This document shows, piece by piece, positions 41,773 through 52,019 of a stretch of DNA of 64,000 nucleotides. This stretch comes from an uncultured bacterium. Lineage in GTDB: Bacteria; Joyebacterota; Joyebacteria; Joyebacterales; Joyebacteraceae. Under the pieces are notes generated by a model that was not told the DNA's origin, made no database searches, and was given only the letters and a program-made list of their open reading frames with translations. Every line of letters begins with the position of its first letter. The first letter of the stretch is position 1. The translations under genes were made by a program, and so were the position numbers. Location of the stretch: positions 48,191-112,190 of the forward strand of contig CAZQSB010000001.1 in the NCBI GenBank assembly GCA_964596015.1, in the 5' to 3' direction.

Positions 41773-42801
41773 ATGGACCAGAGGTCCCTGAGCGCGACGG
41801 CCCGGGCGCTCGTCGCCGCCGGGAGGGGCATCCTTGCGGCCGACGAGAGCACGGGCACCATCAGGAAGCGCCTCGCCGGCATCGACGTCGAGTCGACCGA
41901 GGAGAACCGCCGGAGATACCGGGAGCTCCTCTTCTCGACGGAGGGCGTCGAGAGCTTCATCTCGGGCGTCATCCTGTTCGACGAGACCATCAGACAGAGG
42001 AACGACGACGGTGTCCCCTTCCCCGAGCTTCTCTCGAAGCGCGGGATCATCCCGGGTATCAAGGTGGACCGCGGAGCGAAGCCGCTGGCGGGGCACGACG
42101 GGGAGAAGGTCACGGAGGGCCTGGACGGACTTCGGGAACGCCTCGATGAGTACCGCGGGCTCGGCGCCGGGTTCGGAAAATGGCGGGCCGTCATCACCAT
42201 CGGGGACGGCATCCCGACGCGCGCGTGCATCGACGCGAACGCCCACGCGCTCGCGCGCTACGCGGCGCTCTGCCAGGAAGCGGGCCTCGTGCCCATCGTG
42301 GAGCCCGAGGTCCTGATGGACGGCACGCATTCCATGGCCCGCTGCGAGGAGGTGACGGAGGCGACCCTTCGGAGCGTTTTCGCCGCGCTCGCCGCGCAGG
42401 ATGTCCTCCTCGAGGGAACGCTTCTCAAGCCCAACATGGTCCTCCCGGGCAAGGAGTCCGGCGAACCGGCGACCCCCGAACGGATAGCCGAGGCGACCGT
42501 GGGCTGCTTCAGACGGGTCGTGCCCGCCGCCGTTCCCGGGATCGTCTTCCTGTCGGGCGGCCAGTCGCCCGAGGAGGCGACGGCGAACCTGAACGCGATG
42601 AACGCGATGAACGCGATGGGCGAACATCCCTGGCAGCTCAGTTTCTCATACGGTCGGGCGCTTCAGCAGCCTGTGCTCCAGGCCTGGCGGGGCGATCCAT
42701 CGTATGCCGACGCGGCCCGGAAGGCCTTCTACCGCAGAGCCGAGCTCAACGGAGCCGCCCGGTACGGACGGTACGAGCCGGCGATGGAGCATTCGGGCTA
42801 G
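41773..42801 (+). CDS. fba: Class I fructose-bisphosphate aldolase
   Basis: GILAADESTGTIRKRL, ISGVILFDETI, LLKPNMV (Schiff-base Lys region) and LSFSYGRALQ. Confidence 0.92.
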   Translation: MDQRSLSATARALVAAGRGILAADESTGTIRKRLAGIDVESTEENRRRYRELLFSTEGVESFISGVILFDETIRQRNDDGVPFPELLSKRGIIPGIKVDRGAKPLAGHDGEKVTEGLDGLRERLDEYRGLGAGFGKWRAVITIGDGIPTRACIDANAHALARYAALCQEAGLVPIVEPEVLMDGTHSMARCEEVTEATLRSVFAALAAQDVLLEGTLLKPNMVLPGKESGEPATPERIAEATVGCFRRVVPAAVPGIVFLSGGQSPEEATANLNAMNAMNAMGEHPWQLSFSYGRALQQPVLQAWRGDPSYADAARKAFYRRAELNGAARYGRYEPAMEHSG

Positions 42802-42918
42802 GCCTGGTGGCCGCCCGGCTCGCCCCCGGGACTCTCGGGGACTCCGTACGATGACGAGGTCGCCGGGCGCCGTCGAGCTCTCCCTCGCCTCAGCCGACGC
42901 GTTCTTCAAGGGACACCG

Positions 42919-44307
42919 ATGATCCAGAGGGAACGCGTTCACGTGCTCGCCCCCGCCGAGGTGCGGGACGGCCGCTATGTCCTCTACTGGATGCAGCAGT
43001 CACAGCGGGCCCGCGTGAACCACGCGCTCGAGTACGCCGTCCGCCGCGCGGAGGAGCTGAAGCTCCCGGTGGTCGCGGTCTTCGGGATCACGAGGCGGTT
43101 CCCGGAGGCGCAGCGGCGGCATTACGCCTTCATGCTCGAGGGACTCAGCGAGACCAGGCGCGACCTCGAGGAGCGCGGCGTTCCGCTGGTCGTGCGCGAT
43201 GTCCCGCCGCCCGACGCGGCGCTCCAGCTCGAAGGCGACGCGGCGCTGGTCGTGACCGACGTCGGATATCTCAGGGTCCAGCGTTCGTGGAGGAGCAAGG
43301 TCGCGTCCCGCTCCAAAGCGCGGGTGGTCGCGGTGGAGTCGGACGTCGTCGTTCCGGTCGAGACGGCATCCGACAAGGAGGAGTACGCCGCCAGGACGAT
43401 CCGCCCGAAAATCCGCGAGCACCTCGAGCGGTTCCTCGCTCCTCTCGAGGAGACATCGCTGTCGCGCGACGCCATGGACATGGACCTCGGATCGGTTCGG
43501 GTTGACGACGTCGAGGCCCTCATGGACGAGCTCGACCTCCCCGGACGGTCGCGGAGGGTCTCACGGTTCCGCGGCGGCCCGTCCGAGGCGGAGAAGCGGC
43601 TCGACGCCTTCATCCATCACGGACTTCGCGGATACGGCGAGAACCGCAGCGACCCGGGAGAGGAGCATATCTCGCACCTCTCGCCCTATCTCCACTTCGG
43701 CCAGATCTCGCCGCTCGAGATCGCGCTCAGGATCGAATCGGCGAGAGGCACGTCGCGGGAGGACAAGGAGGCGTTTCTCGAGGAGCTCATCGTCCGGCGC
43801 GAGCTCTCGATGAACTTCTGTCTCTATAATGACAGCTACGATTCGTTCGACTGCCTCCCCGACTGGGCGCGGGGCACGCTTCAGGCCCACGCGGACGACG
43901 ACCGCGAGGTCGTCTACGGCGAGAACGACTTCGAGCGCGCCCGAACGCACGACGAGTACTGGAACGCCGCGCAGCGGGAGATGGTCGCGACCGGCAAGAT
44001 GCACGCGTACATGCGCATGTACTGGGGGAAGAAGATCATCGAGTGGACCCGCACGCCGGAGGAGGCCTTCGATGTCGCGCTCCGGCTGAACAACCGGTAC
44101 GAGCTGGACGGGCGAGACCCGAACTCTTTCGCCGGGGTCGCGTGGTGTTTCGGAAAGCACGACCAGCCGTTCAAGGAACGCGATGTCTTTGGACAGGTGC
44201 GCTGGATGAGCGCGTCCGGCCTTGAGCGCAAGTTCGACATGGCCGCGTACCTCGAACGGGTGAACGAACTGGAAGCGGAAGCGGAAGAGCGCGCCGGCGA
44301 CCTGTGA
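42919..44307 (+). CDS. phr: Class II CPD deoxyribodipyrimidine photolyase
   Basis: GRYVLYWMQQSQRARVNHAL, SHLSPYLHFGQISP and WNAAQREMVATGKMHAYMRMYWGKKIIEW. Confidence 0.9.
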   Translation: MIQRERVHVLAPAEVRDGRYVLYWMQQSQRARVNHALEYAVRRAEELKLPVVAVFGITRRFPEAQRRHYAFMLEGLSETRRDLEERGVPLVVRDVPPPDAALQLEGDAALVVTDVGYLRVQRSWRSKVASRSKARVVAVESDVVVPVETASDKEEYAARTIRPKIREHLERFLAPLEETSLSRDAMDMDLGSVRVDDVEALMDELDLPGRSRRVSRFRGGPSEAEKRLDAFIHHGLRGYGENRSDPGEEHISHLSPYLHFGQISPLEIALRIESARGTSREDKEAFLEELIVRRELSMNFCLYNDSYDSFDCLPDWARGTLQAHADDDREVVYGENDFERARTHDEYWNAAQREMVATGKMHAYMRMYWGKKIIEWTRTPEEAFDVALRLNNRYELDGRDPNSFAGVAWCFGKHDQPFKERDVFGQVRWMSASGLERKFDMAAYLERVNELEAEAEERAGDL

Positions 44308-44365
44308 ACGGCCGGGCGCGTGCCCCCGCGCGGCGTCAACCGACCGTCTTTGAGGAGAACAGGCG

Positions 44366-45337
44366 ATGACAACACGAAGCGACGTTCCCTGGGAGAAGCC
44401 GAGACTGGGCATCAGCACATGCCTTCTGGGAGAGCGGGTCCGCTATGACGGAGGCCACAAGCGCGACCGGTTCCTGACCGACACGTTCGGGAAGTTCGTC
44501 GAATGGGTGCCGGTCTGCCCCGAGGTCGAATGCGGCCTTCCCATCCCCAGGGAGTCGATGCACCTCGAGGGAGACCCGGACGCCCCAAGACTGGTCACAT
44601 CGCGGACCGGTATCGACCTGACGAAGCAGATGAGAGACTGGGCGGCGAAACGCGTGCGCGAGCTCGAGACGGAGAACCTCTCGGGGTTCATATTCAAGGC
44701 GAACTCGCCGAGCTCCGGCATGGAGCGCGTGAAGGTCTTCGACGAGAAGGGCATGCCGCACAAGGTCGGGTCGGGGCTCTTCGCGCGTGCCTTCATGGAC
44801 CACTTCCCGCTGCTCCCGGTCGAGGAAGAGGGGCGTCTGCACGACCCGCTCCTGCGCGAGAACTTCATCGAGAGCGTGTTCTGTCTGAAGCGCTACCGCG
44901 ACGCGGCGAGGGGGAGACGTTCGGCCAGGGCCCTCATCGACTTCCACGCGGCGCACAAACTCCAGATCATGGCGCACAGCCCGGCCGTGCTGAAGGAGAT
45001 GGGGCGGCTCGTCGCGCGCCAGAAGGAGCTGGGAAGAAACGAGCTCTTCGACCGTTACGAGGAGCTCCTCACGAAGGCGCTCAGGCTCAAGGCGACGCCG
45101 GGAAAGAACGCGAACGTGCTCCAGCACGCGCTCGGGTATTTCAAGAAGGAGCTCACGGCCGACGAGAAGCTCGAGGCCCTGGAGATCATAGAGTCGTACC
45201 GCAACGAGGTCGTCCCGCTCGTGGTGCCGGTCACACTGATCTCCCACTACGCGAGGAAGTACGAACCCGAGTATCTGGCCCGACAGACGTTCCTCGACCC
45301 GCACCCGGGCGAGCTCAAGCTGAGGAACCACGCGTGA
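44366..45337 (+). CDS. ybgA: YbgA family protein (DUF523/TudS-like plus DUF1722)
   Basis: LGISTCLLGERVRYDGGHK...VPVCPEVECGLPIPRE, then a DUF1722-like helical half. RBS GAGGAG. Confidence 0.85.
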   Translation: MTTRSDVPWEKPRLGISTCLLGERVRYDGGHKRDRFLTDTFGKFVEWVPVCPEVECGLPIPRESMHLEGDPDAPRLVTSRTGIDLTKQMRDWAAKRVRELETENLSGFIFKANSPSSGMERVKVFDEKGMPHKVGSGLFARAFMDHFPLLPVEEEGRLHDPLLRENFIESVFCLKRYRDAARGRRSARALIDFHAAHKLQIMAHSPAVLKEMGRLVARQKELGRNELFDRYEELLTKALRLKATPGKNANVLQHALGYFKKELTADEKLEALEIIESYRNEVVPLVVPVTLISHYARKYEPEYLARQTFLDPHPGELKLRNHA

Positions 45338-45410
45338 CACCGCGGTTGCCCGGGCGAGCTCAAGCTGAGGAACCACGCGTGACACCGCGGTGGCCGGGGC
45401 GAGCCCGGGC
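45304..45410. repeat. Tandem 45-bp duplication (2 full copies plus 1 degenerate copy) spanning the ybgA stop codon
   Basis: cccgggcgagctcaagctgaggaaccacgcgtgacaccgcggt occurs at 45304-45346 and again at 45349-45391. A partial third copy starts at 45394. Confidence 0.9.
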
Positions 45411-45450
45411 GGGGTAAGCCGCGCAGGACATGTTCACTGGGAGGCGATGG

Positions 45451-45990
45451 ATGAGAGCACTGTTGTCGGTTCTCTTCGCGGCGACGCTGACGTTCGCCGC
45501 GGCCGCGGGCGGAGCGCAGGATACGACGCCCGGGAGCGGGACGGCCCCGGCGGCCGACACGTCGGGTGTTGGAACCGGAGAGACGGCCGTCTCGGAAGCG
45601 GATTCTGCGAGAGCGGCGCGGGAGATGGAGGTCGGCAGGCTGATGGTCCAGCGCTGCGCGCAGTGTCACGGCGAGGGGCGGCCCGCGGCGGGGCTCAGCC
45701 TCGAGCGGGTCCACTTCCCGCAGTCGATGGTCGGGGTCGCCAGCGCGCAGGTCGACACGCTCTCTCTCGTGGAACCCGGCGAACCGGACCGGAGCTATCT
45801 CGTCTGGAAGCTCGAGGATCGGGACGACGCCGTCGGCAGCCGCATGCCGATCGGTCCGAAGCCCCTTCCCGAAGCGCAGATCGAGCTCGTGAAGAGCTGG
45901 ATCGCCGCGCTGCCGCAGGAGACGGCGCCGGCCGACACCGCCCGTTCCGGCGATGAACCGCCCGAGGGGAAAGTCGGCGAGGGAAGCTGA
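45451..45990 (+). CDS. Secreted c-type cytochrome-domain protein (single CxxCH, PSCyt-like)
   Basis: Signal MRALLSVLFAATLTFAAAAGGA. CAQCHGEGRPAAGLSL...EPGEPDRSYLVWKL. GGGAGG RBS 6 nt before the ATG at 45451 (the track start is 45430). Confidence 0.7.
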   Translation: MRALLSVLFAATLTFAAAAGGAQDTTPGSGTAPAADTSGVGTGETAVSEADSARAAREMEVGRLMVQRCAQCHGEGRPAAGLSLERVHFPQSMVGVASAQVDTLSLVEPGEPDRSYLVWKLEDRDDAVGSRMPIGPKPLPEAQIELVKSWIAALPQETAPADTARSGDEPPEGKVGEGS

Positions 45991-46078
45991 CCACATGTGA
46001 GGACATGCGCGAGGCCGCGGCCGGTCGAACCGCGCAGAGAGACGCGGACCGCGGCCGCCTGATGACGGGATGTTCCCC

Positions 46079-48157
46079 ATGAGCAGGAAGAACAGGCTGG
46101 CGGACGAGCAGAGCCCGTACCTCCTCCAGCACGCGACCAATCCGGTGGACTGGCACCCATGGGGCGACGAGGCGTTCGAGCGAGCGCGCTCCGAGGAAAA
46201 GCCGCTCTTCATCTCGATCGGCTACGCCGCGTGCCACTGGTGCCACGTCATGGAGGAGGAGTCCTTCGAAGACGAGGAGGTGGCGGCGCTCCTGAACGAC
46301 GCCTTCGTGTGCGTCAAGGTCGACCGCGAGGAGCGGCCCGACGTCGACCGCGTCTACATGGACGTCGCCATGATGATGACCGGACGAGGCGGATGGCCGC
46401 TGACGATCATCGCGTCTCCCGACGGGACCCCGTTCTTCGCCGCGACGTACATACCGAAGCACAGCAGATTCGGCCAGCCGGGGCTCGTTGAGCTCGTCCC
46501 GAAGATCGTCGAGCTCTACCGGCGGACCCCGGGCGAGATCGACCGGGTCACCTCACAGGTCCGCGCCGCCCTCAGGAACCCGCAGTCCCCGCCACCCGAC
46601 GAGCCGGACGAGGCCCTTCTCGCTCTCGCCCGGGACGATCTGAGAGCGCGCTTCGATGAGCATCACGGCGGCTTCGGCGACGCGCCGAAGTTCCCGTCGC
46701 CGCACCAGCTCATGTTCCTTCTGAGGTGGTGGAGCAGAACGGGCGACCGCGCGTCGCTCAACATGGTCACGAGGACGCTTGAGGAAATGGAGCGCGGAGG
46801 CATCCACGACCAGCTGGACGGGGGCTTCCACAGATACTCGACCGACTCACGCTGGCATCTCCCCCACTTCGAGAAGATGCTCTACGACCAGGCGCTCATA
46901 GCGCTGGCTTCTGCGGAGACCCGACAGGTCACCGGCGAGGAGCGCTTCGCGAAGCTGGCAAGCCGAACGCTCGACTACGCGCTTCGGAGGCTCGGCTCGC
47001 CGGAGGGAGGGTTCTTCTGTTCCGAGGACGCGGACAGCGGGGGCGGCGAGGGTCGCTTCTACCTGTGGACGACCAGAGAGGTGCGGGACGCTCTCGGCGA
47101 CGACGCCGAGCTCGTCATCATGGCGCACGGGCTGACCGAGGACGGCAACGCGGTCGACGAGGCGACGGGAGAGACCACGGGATTGAACGTTCTTGGCGCG
47201 GGCCGACCGCTCGAGTCGCTGGCCGCCCGGCTCGGAGAGCCCGTCGACGACGTGGCGGAACGTCTCGAGCGCGCCCGGTCGTCGCTCCTCCGGTTGAGGG
47301 AGAAACGTGAACGACCGCCGCTCGACGACAAGGTGCTGACCGACTGGAACGGCCTCATGATCGCGGCGCTCGCCTTCTCGTGCCGCGCGTTCGGTGAGGC
47401 GCGCTTCGGTGAGGCGGCGGAACGCGCCGCGGAGTTCGTCCTCGACATCATGAGCGACGGCGACAGGCTTCTGCACCGGTACAGGGGCGGCTCGGCGGGG
47501 GTCCCCGGCAACCTGGACGACTATGCGTACCTCGTCTGGGGCCTCATCGAGCTTCACGCGACGACCCAGGACATGCGGTGGCTCGAGCGCGCTCTCAGGC
47601 TCACGGCCTCGATGCTGGAGCACTTCACCGACGCGGACGGAGGATTCCACTTCACGCCGGACGACGGCGAGAGACTCGTGGCGCGCCCCAAGGAGATCTA
47701 CGACGGCGCGACCCCCGCCGGAAACTCGGTGGCGGCGCTGAACCTCGCGCGACTGGCCGGCCTGACCGGACGCCGCGCTCTGGAGGAGGCCGCGGCCCGG
47801 ACGGTCCGCTCGGCGACCGGGTCGGCGCGCATGCACCCTTCAGGTCACGCTTTCCTTCTCTGCGCGGCCGACCATCTGATCGGACCATCCGCGGAGGTCG
47901 TCATCGCCGGGCGGAAGGACGCCGACGACACCAGAGCGTTCACGGCGGCCCTGGCGAGCCGGTTCCTTCCGCGCACGAGCGTGCTCGTGAAGGAAGGGGA
48001 CGAGGCGGCGCGCGTCGCCCCGTGGACCACAACGCTCGAGTCGCGGGATGGGAGGGCGACGGCCGCGGTCTGTCGCGGCGAGACATGCGGTCTGCCGGTC
48101 ACGGACCCGGCCGAGATGCTGGCCCGGCTGGAGGCCGGCAGCACGGAGACGGAATGA
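46079..48157 (+). CDS. Thioredoxin-domain protein YyaL/DUF255 (N-acylglucosamine-2-epimerase-like C-terminus)
   Basis: [54 protein letters not shown]...[12 protein letters not shown]. Confidence 0.9.
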   Translation: MSRKNRLADEQSPYLLQHATNPVDWHPWGDEAFERARSEEKPLFISIGYAACHWCHVMEEESFEDEEVAALLNDAFVCVKVDREERPDVDRVYMDVAMMMTGRGGWPLTIIASPDGTPFFAATYIPKHSRFGQPGLVELVPKIVELYRRTPGEIDRVTSQVRAALRNPQSPPPDEPDEALLALARDDLRARFDEHHGGFGDAPKFPSPHQLMFLLRWWSRTGDRASLNMVTRTLEEMERGGIHDQLDGGFHRYSTDSRWHLPHFEKMLYDQALIALASAETRQVTGEERFAKLASRTLDYALRRLGSPEGGFFCSEDADSGGGEGRFYLWTTREVRDALGDDAELVIMAHGLTEDGNAVDEATGETTGLNVLGAGRPLESLAARLGEPVDDVAERLERARSSLLRLREKRERPPLDDKVLTDWNGLMIAALAFSCRAFGEARFGEAAERAAEFVLDIMSDGDRLLHRYRGGSAGVPGNLDDYAYLVWGLIELHATTQDMRWLERALRLTASMLEHFTDADGGFHFTPDDGERLVARPKEIYDGATPAGNSVAALNLARLAGLTGRRALEEAAARTVRSATGSARMHPSGHAFLLCAADHLIGPSAEVVIAGRKDADDTRAFTAALASRFLPRTSVLVKEGDEAARVAPWTTTLESRDGRATAAVCRGETCGLPVTDPAEMLARLEAGSTETE

Positions 48158-49068
48158 AGAGAGACAAGGCCATCGAGGTCCATCCACTGCGCCCCGGCGA
48201 GGAGATGCTCTGGCTCTCGGTCGCGAGCGCGCCCGATGAGGTCGCGCTCAGGCGCCCGGCGTTCACCGACCTCGTTGGCGGCGAGAAGCGTCGCGACCGG
48301 CGATGCCATCTCATCGCCGTGTCGGAAGGCCGCGCCGCGGGAAGGCTCACGGGGACGTTCCTGAACCCCAGACTGTACTTCATCCAGGAGCTCCAGAGCA
48401 GCACGCCGGGAGCGTTCGCCGAGACCGCGAGAGTGTTCGGCGGCTACCTCGCCCGCTCCTTCGAGCAGGACAGCATCGAGGTCCTCTCGTGGGACAGACC
48501 CGACCTCCGCGAGCTCAACAGAGCGCTTCTCGACTCGGGCTTTCGCGTGGGACGGCGCAAGGTGTTCGTGGAGCTGGACCTGACGGACTTCGCGTCGAGA
48601 ACGGCCGCGCCGTTCTCGTACGTATCGCTCGCGGACGTCGGGGAGCGGGCGTTCGTCGACGTGATGTCGAGAGCCGCCGAGGGCGACCCCTTCGAGGATG
48701 TCACGGCCCGCGACCCCACGACGGACTTCCGGGAGCTGGTGGAGTACGCCGGCGAGACGTTCGACCCGACCTGGTGGCGCATCGCGAGGAAAGGCAGACG
48801 GACCATCGGGGTGGTCCTGCCCCAGCGCTTCCCCGGCCCGGCCAGCGAGGGAACGCTCTTCTACGTCGGAGTGCTGCCTCAGGAGAGGGGCAGGGGCTTC
48901 GGCCGCGCGCTTCACGCGGAGGGCCTGGGGTTCCTGGCGCGCGCCGGTGTCCGCCACTACATCGGCTCGACCGACGAGAGGAACGCGCCGATGATCAGGA
49001 TCTTCGAGGCCAACAAGTGCCGCAGGAAAGGCGTACAGCTCTTCCTGACGGCGTCCGCGGCCGGCTAG
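48154..49068 (+). CDS. GNAT family N-acetyltransferase (two-domain)
   Basis: ATGA overlap with the upstream stop. [16 protein letters not shown] acetyl-CoA motif A in the C-terminal half. The track ORF 47578-49068 is over-extended. Confidence 0.7.
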   Translation: MKRDKAIEVHPLRPGEEMLWLSVASAPDEVALRRPAFTDLVGGEKRRDRRCHLIAVSEGRAAGRLTGTFLNPRLYFIQELQSSTPGAFAETARVFGGYLARSFEQDSIEVLSWDRPDLRELNRALLDSGFRVGRRKVFVELDLTDFASRTAAPFSYVSLADVGERAFVDVMSRAAEGDPFEDVTARDPTTDFRELVEYAGETFDPTWWRIARKGRRTIGVVLPQRFPGPASEGTLFYVGVLPQERGRGFGRALHAEGLGFLARAGVRHYIGSTDERNAPMIRIFEANKCRRKGVQLFLTASAAG

Positions 49069-49099
49069 GGAAGAGCTCCCCCCGACCCGCCGGCGGCGA

Positions 49100-51709
49100 T
49101 CATCCTCCGTCGACGCTCTCCGACGCCCGTGGTCCGGGACGTCCGGTCCCGGCCGCGGCGTGTGAGCGCTTGTCCTCGTACATCGCCTCGTCGGCCTTCG
49201 AGAGCGTCTCCGTCACCGACGTCAGGTCGTACGGCTCCCACCGAGCGAAGCCCATCGAAAGATCGAAATCGACACCGTCGGGGATCCCGCTGGCCTCGCG
49301 CCAGCGCTCGAACGCCTCCCTGATGCGGGCGCACACGGGGCCGGGCTCGCCGGCGAGCCCCGGCATCATGATGAGGAACTCGTCCCCGCCGTAACGCACG
49401 ACGATCTCTGACGTCCTCACGTGTCCCGCCAGGAACCGCGCGACGCCCCGAAGCACGTCGTCGCCCATCACGTGGCCGTGGGTGTCGTTGACCTGCTTGA
49501 AGCGGTCGATGTCGACCATGAGGAACCCGATGGGCTCACCCGAGCGCCGAGACCGTTCGGTCTCCCGCTCGACGGCCTCCTGGAAGTAGTTCCTGTTGTA
49601 GAGACCCGTGAGCCGGTCGCGGATCGCCTCTTCGTGCAGTCGGTTCTCAAGCCTGATCCTGCCGGCGGCCTGACGGGCGTGGTCCAGCAGGAGGTCCGTC
49701 AACCGGACGTCGTCGGTGGTGAACGCGGCCGACGTCATGGCGAAGCAGTGCAGCACGCCCAGGTCCTCGGCCGGGAACGAGAGCCCTCGCTCGAACCCCT
49801 CGGGAGCGGGCATCCCGCCGACGTCATCGTCGCTCGTGAAGAGCTGCATCCTGCCGGTCCGAAACGCCTCGCCCAGATGTCCCGCCTCGTCGACCGGCAT
49901 GGGCTCCGGCTTCGTCTCACGACCACGACAGCACGTCGCGGCGAGCTCGAGCATGCCGTCCTCCTCGACGAAGAAGCCACACGCGTCGATGCTCAGGATG
50001 CTGCGGGCGGCTTCCGTGATGAGCGCGTAGATCTCTCCCAGATCCCTGCATTCGGCGAACCGCTTCACGACTCCATGGAGTTCTTCCAGCTTACGGCCGG
50101 CCTCTGCGGTCGCGAGCTCGGCGCGCTTCTGCTCGGTGACGTCCGAGATCATCACGAGGTCGTGCGTCGCGCTGCCCTCATCGTCGGTCAGGACGGTTCC
50201 GTGGATCCGCCCGGTCTTCTCGTCGCCGTTCTTGGTCACGAAGGACACGTCGTACGGCGGGATCGGGCGTCCGGCCATCCGCTCGAGGAAGCGCTTCATG
50301 AGGCGCCCCTTGGTCTTGTTCGGGATGAACGGCAGGAAGAGGATGTTGCGCCCGACGATCTCGTCGCGCGGGTATCCCAGCCAGTCCTCGATACGGCCGT
50401 TCACGTCGACCACGCTGCCCTTCCTGTCCATCAGAACGATCGCCTCAGGCGAGAGGTCGAACACCGAACGGTACTTCGCCTCGCTCCGCCTGACCTCCCG
50501 CTCGGCCTTCTTCTCCTCGGTCACGTCGCGGGCGAAGATCGCAAGCCGCTCGACGGCGCCGTCCGCGCCGGGTACGGGATGCACCCGGACCGAGTAGACG
50601 CGCCCGTCCTCACGCACCTCTTCCTCGGCGGCCTCGCCTGTGCTCGCCACGCGGCGAAGGACCTTCAGCCGGTGCTCCCTGAGCCGCCCCTCGAAGAGCT
50701 CGTCGGACGGCCGCCCGACGACTTCGGAAGGCGCGCGCCCGACCTGGGACGCGGCGTTCATGTTCACCGCGATCACGTTGAGATCGAGGTCGAGCAGCAC
50801 CGCGCCGCCCGGGAAGTTGTCAATGAGGGTCTGCGCCGTCTCGCGGCTCTGCATGAGGTTCCGCTCTGCCCGGGAATGTTCGATGGCGCGGGAGAGCTGC
50901 TCCGCGACGGCGTCCAGGAGATAGCGCTCCTCCTTGAGGAAAGGGTCTCCCTGCGCGCTCTCGGGTACCTTCTTGTAGAAGACCTCGACGGAACCGATCT
51001 TCTCGCCGTCTGCGACGAGGTCCGAGGCCATACGCCAACGGGTCTCGCGAAAGTCCTTCGACGCGTACGTGTTCGGACCAACGACGACGCGCGCGCACGC
51101 GAGCCCGGGATACTGCCAGCCGGAGGGGAGGATGGATACCACGTCCCTGGCGATCTGTGCATCGGTGCGGGCATGCGAGTGGAGCTTCTGCATGATCGAG
51201 TAGAGACACTGGAGCTCCTTCACGCGCTCAGCGAGGTCCCGGGACCGGCGCCGGACGAGTTCCTCTACCGCCTTCCGTTCGGTGATGTCATGGAACATGC
51301 CGAAGGTGCCGTCGTAGCGTCCCTCATCGTCGTAGCGTGGGGAGACCGTCACGATGACGTGTCGCTTCTTCCCGTCGGTTCTCCGGACGGCGAGCTCATA
51401 CTCGCCCCGCTCGCCGCCCCGCCTCCTCCCCGTCTCGTCCGCGAGGCGTGACCAGTCATCTGCCGAGACGAACTCAAGGAGCGAAGCGCCGATGAGCTCC
51501 TCACGCGGGATGCCGAGGATCTCGGCCCCGGCGTCGTTCACATAGACGAACCGCTCGTCCTTGTCGACGACGCTCACCCCCTCGCCGACGTTCTCGACGA
51601 TGGCGCGGAAAGCATGGTCGGCGAGGCGCCGGCCGTGAGCCCCGGTTCCTCGGCGGCCCTTCGCAGTTCGGTGGTCGTGTCTCTCTTCAGGAACAGCGTG
51701 CCCCATCAC
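49100..51709 (-). CDS. Multi-PAS/GAF sensor diguanylate cyclase (GGDEF)
   Basis: Several PAS-like blocks (e.g. FRAIVENVGEGVSVVD, YRSVFDLSPEAIVLMD), a GAF-like region, and C-terminal RLTGLYNRNYF...MVDIDRFKQVNDTHGH..GD..L...RYGGDEFLIMM. Confidence 0.9.
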   Translation of the reverse strand: MMGHAVPEERHDHRTAKGRRGTGAHGRRLADHAFRAIVENVGEGVSVVDKDERFVYVNDAGAEILGIPREELIGASLLEFVSADDWSRLADETGRRRGGERGEYELAVRRTDGKKRHVIVTVSPRYDDEGRYDGTFGMFHDITERKAVEELVRRRSRDLAERVKELQCLYSIMQKLHSHARTDAQIARDVVSILPSGWQYPGLACARVVVGPNTYASKDFRETRWRMASDLVADGEKIGSVEVFYKKVPESAQGDPFLKEERYLLDAVAEQLSRAIEHSRAERNLMQSRETAQTLIDNFPGGAVLLDLDLNVIAVNMNAASQVGRAPSEVVGRPSDELFEGRLREHRLKVLRRVASTGEAAEEEVREDGRVYSVRVHPVPGADGAVERLAIFARDVTEEKKAEREVRRSEAKYRSVFDLSPEAIVLMDRKGSVVDVNGRIEDWLGYPRDEIVGRNILFLPFIPNKTKGRLMKRFLERMAGRPIPPYDVSFVTKNGDEKTGRIHGTVLTDDEGSATHDLVMISDVTEQKRAELATAEAGRKLEELHGVVKRFAECRDLGEIYALITEAARSILSIDACGFFVEEDGMLELAATCCRGRETKPEPMPVDEAGHLGEAFRTGRMQLFTSDDDVGGMPAPEGFERGLSFPAEDLGVLHCFAMTSAAFTTDDVRLTDLLLDHARQAAGRIRLENRLHEEAIRDRLTGLYNRNYFQEAVERETERSRRSGEPIGFLMVDIDRFKQVNDTHGHVMGDDVLRGVARFLAGHVRTSEIVVRYGGDEFLIMMPGLAGEPGPVCARIREAFERWREASGIPDGVDFDLSMGFARWEPYDLTSVTETLSKADEAMYEDKRSHAAAGTGRPGPRASESVDGG

Positions 51710-51885
51710 TTCCTCCCATGGCGGAGCTTCCGAACGCGCCTCTCGGCGTTCGGACAGGAAACTGCTTCAGGTTGCTCATCCGAGAGCGTCGCGGGTTCTT
51801 CTGCGCGCCTCGGTCGCGTTTCATGAGTTTATCCTGCAACGATTGTGCCGAAGGACGAGCGCCACTCATTCTGACGAAACGCGGT

Positions 51886-51915
51886 TTGACGAACCGTGGG
51901 AGATGCGGCTAGAGT
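51886..51915 (+). promoter_or_regulatory. Sigma70-type promoter for the repeat-protein/HEAT operon
   Basis: TTGACG, 18-nt spacer, TAGAGT. This is the same -10 hexamer as the fba promoter. Confidence 0.4.
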
Positions 51916-52019
51916 CGCCTGTCGCACATGCGACGCGCGGTCGGGCGTGCTCCCGCGGAGCCCGTCCGCCGCGCAGGACCCCGGGAGCACGTCGAAAGGC
52001 CCCACACACGGGAGGAACC

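Noticed and set aside
45304-45391. Repeat unit packed with 6-bp palindromes (CCCGGG, GAGCTC, ACGCGT, CCGCGG), which looks like a cloning-vector polylinker
   Set aside because: GC-rich 6-bp palindromes are frequent in DNA of this composition. The unit is in frame with, and encodes, the genuine YbgA C-terminus. No vector backbone sequence is adjacent.
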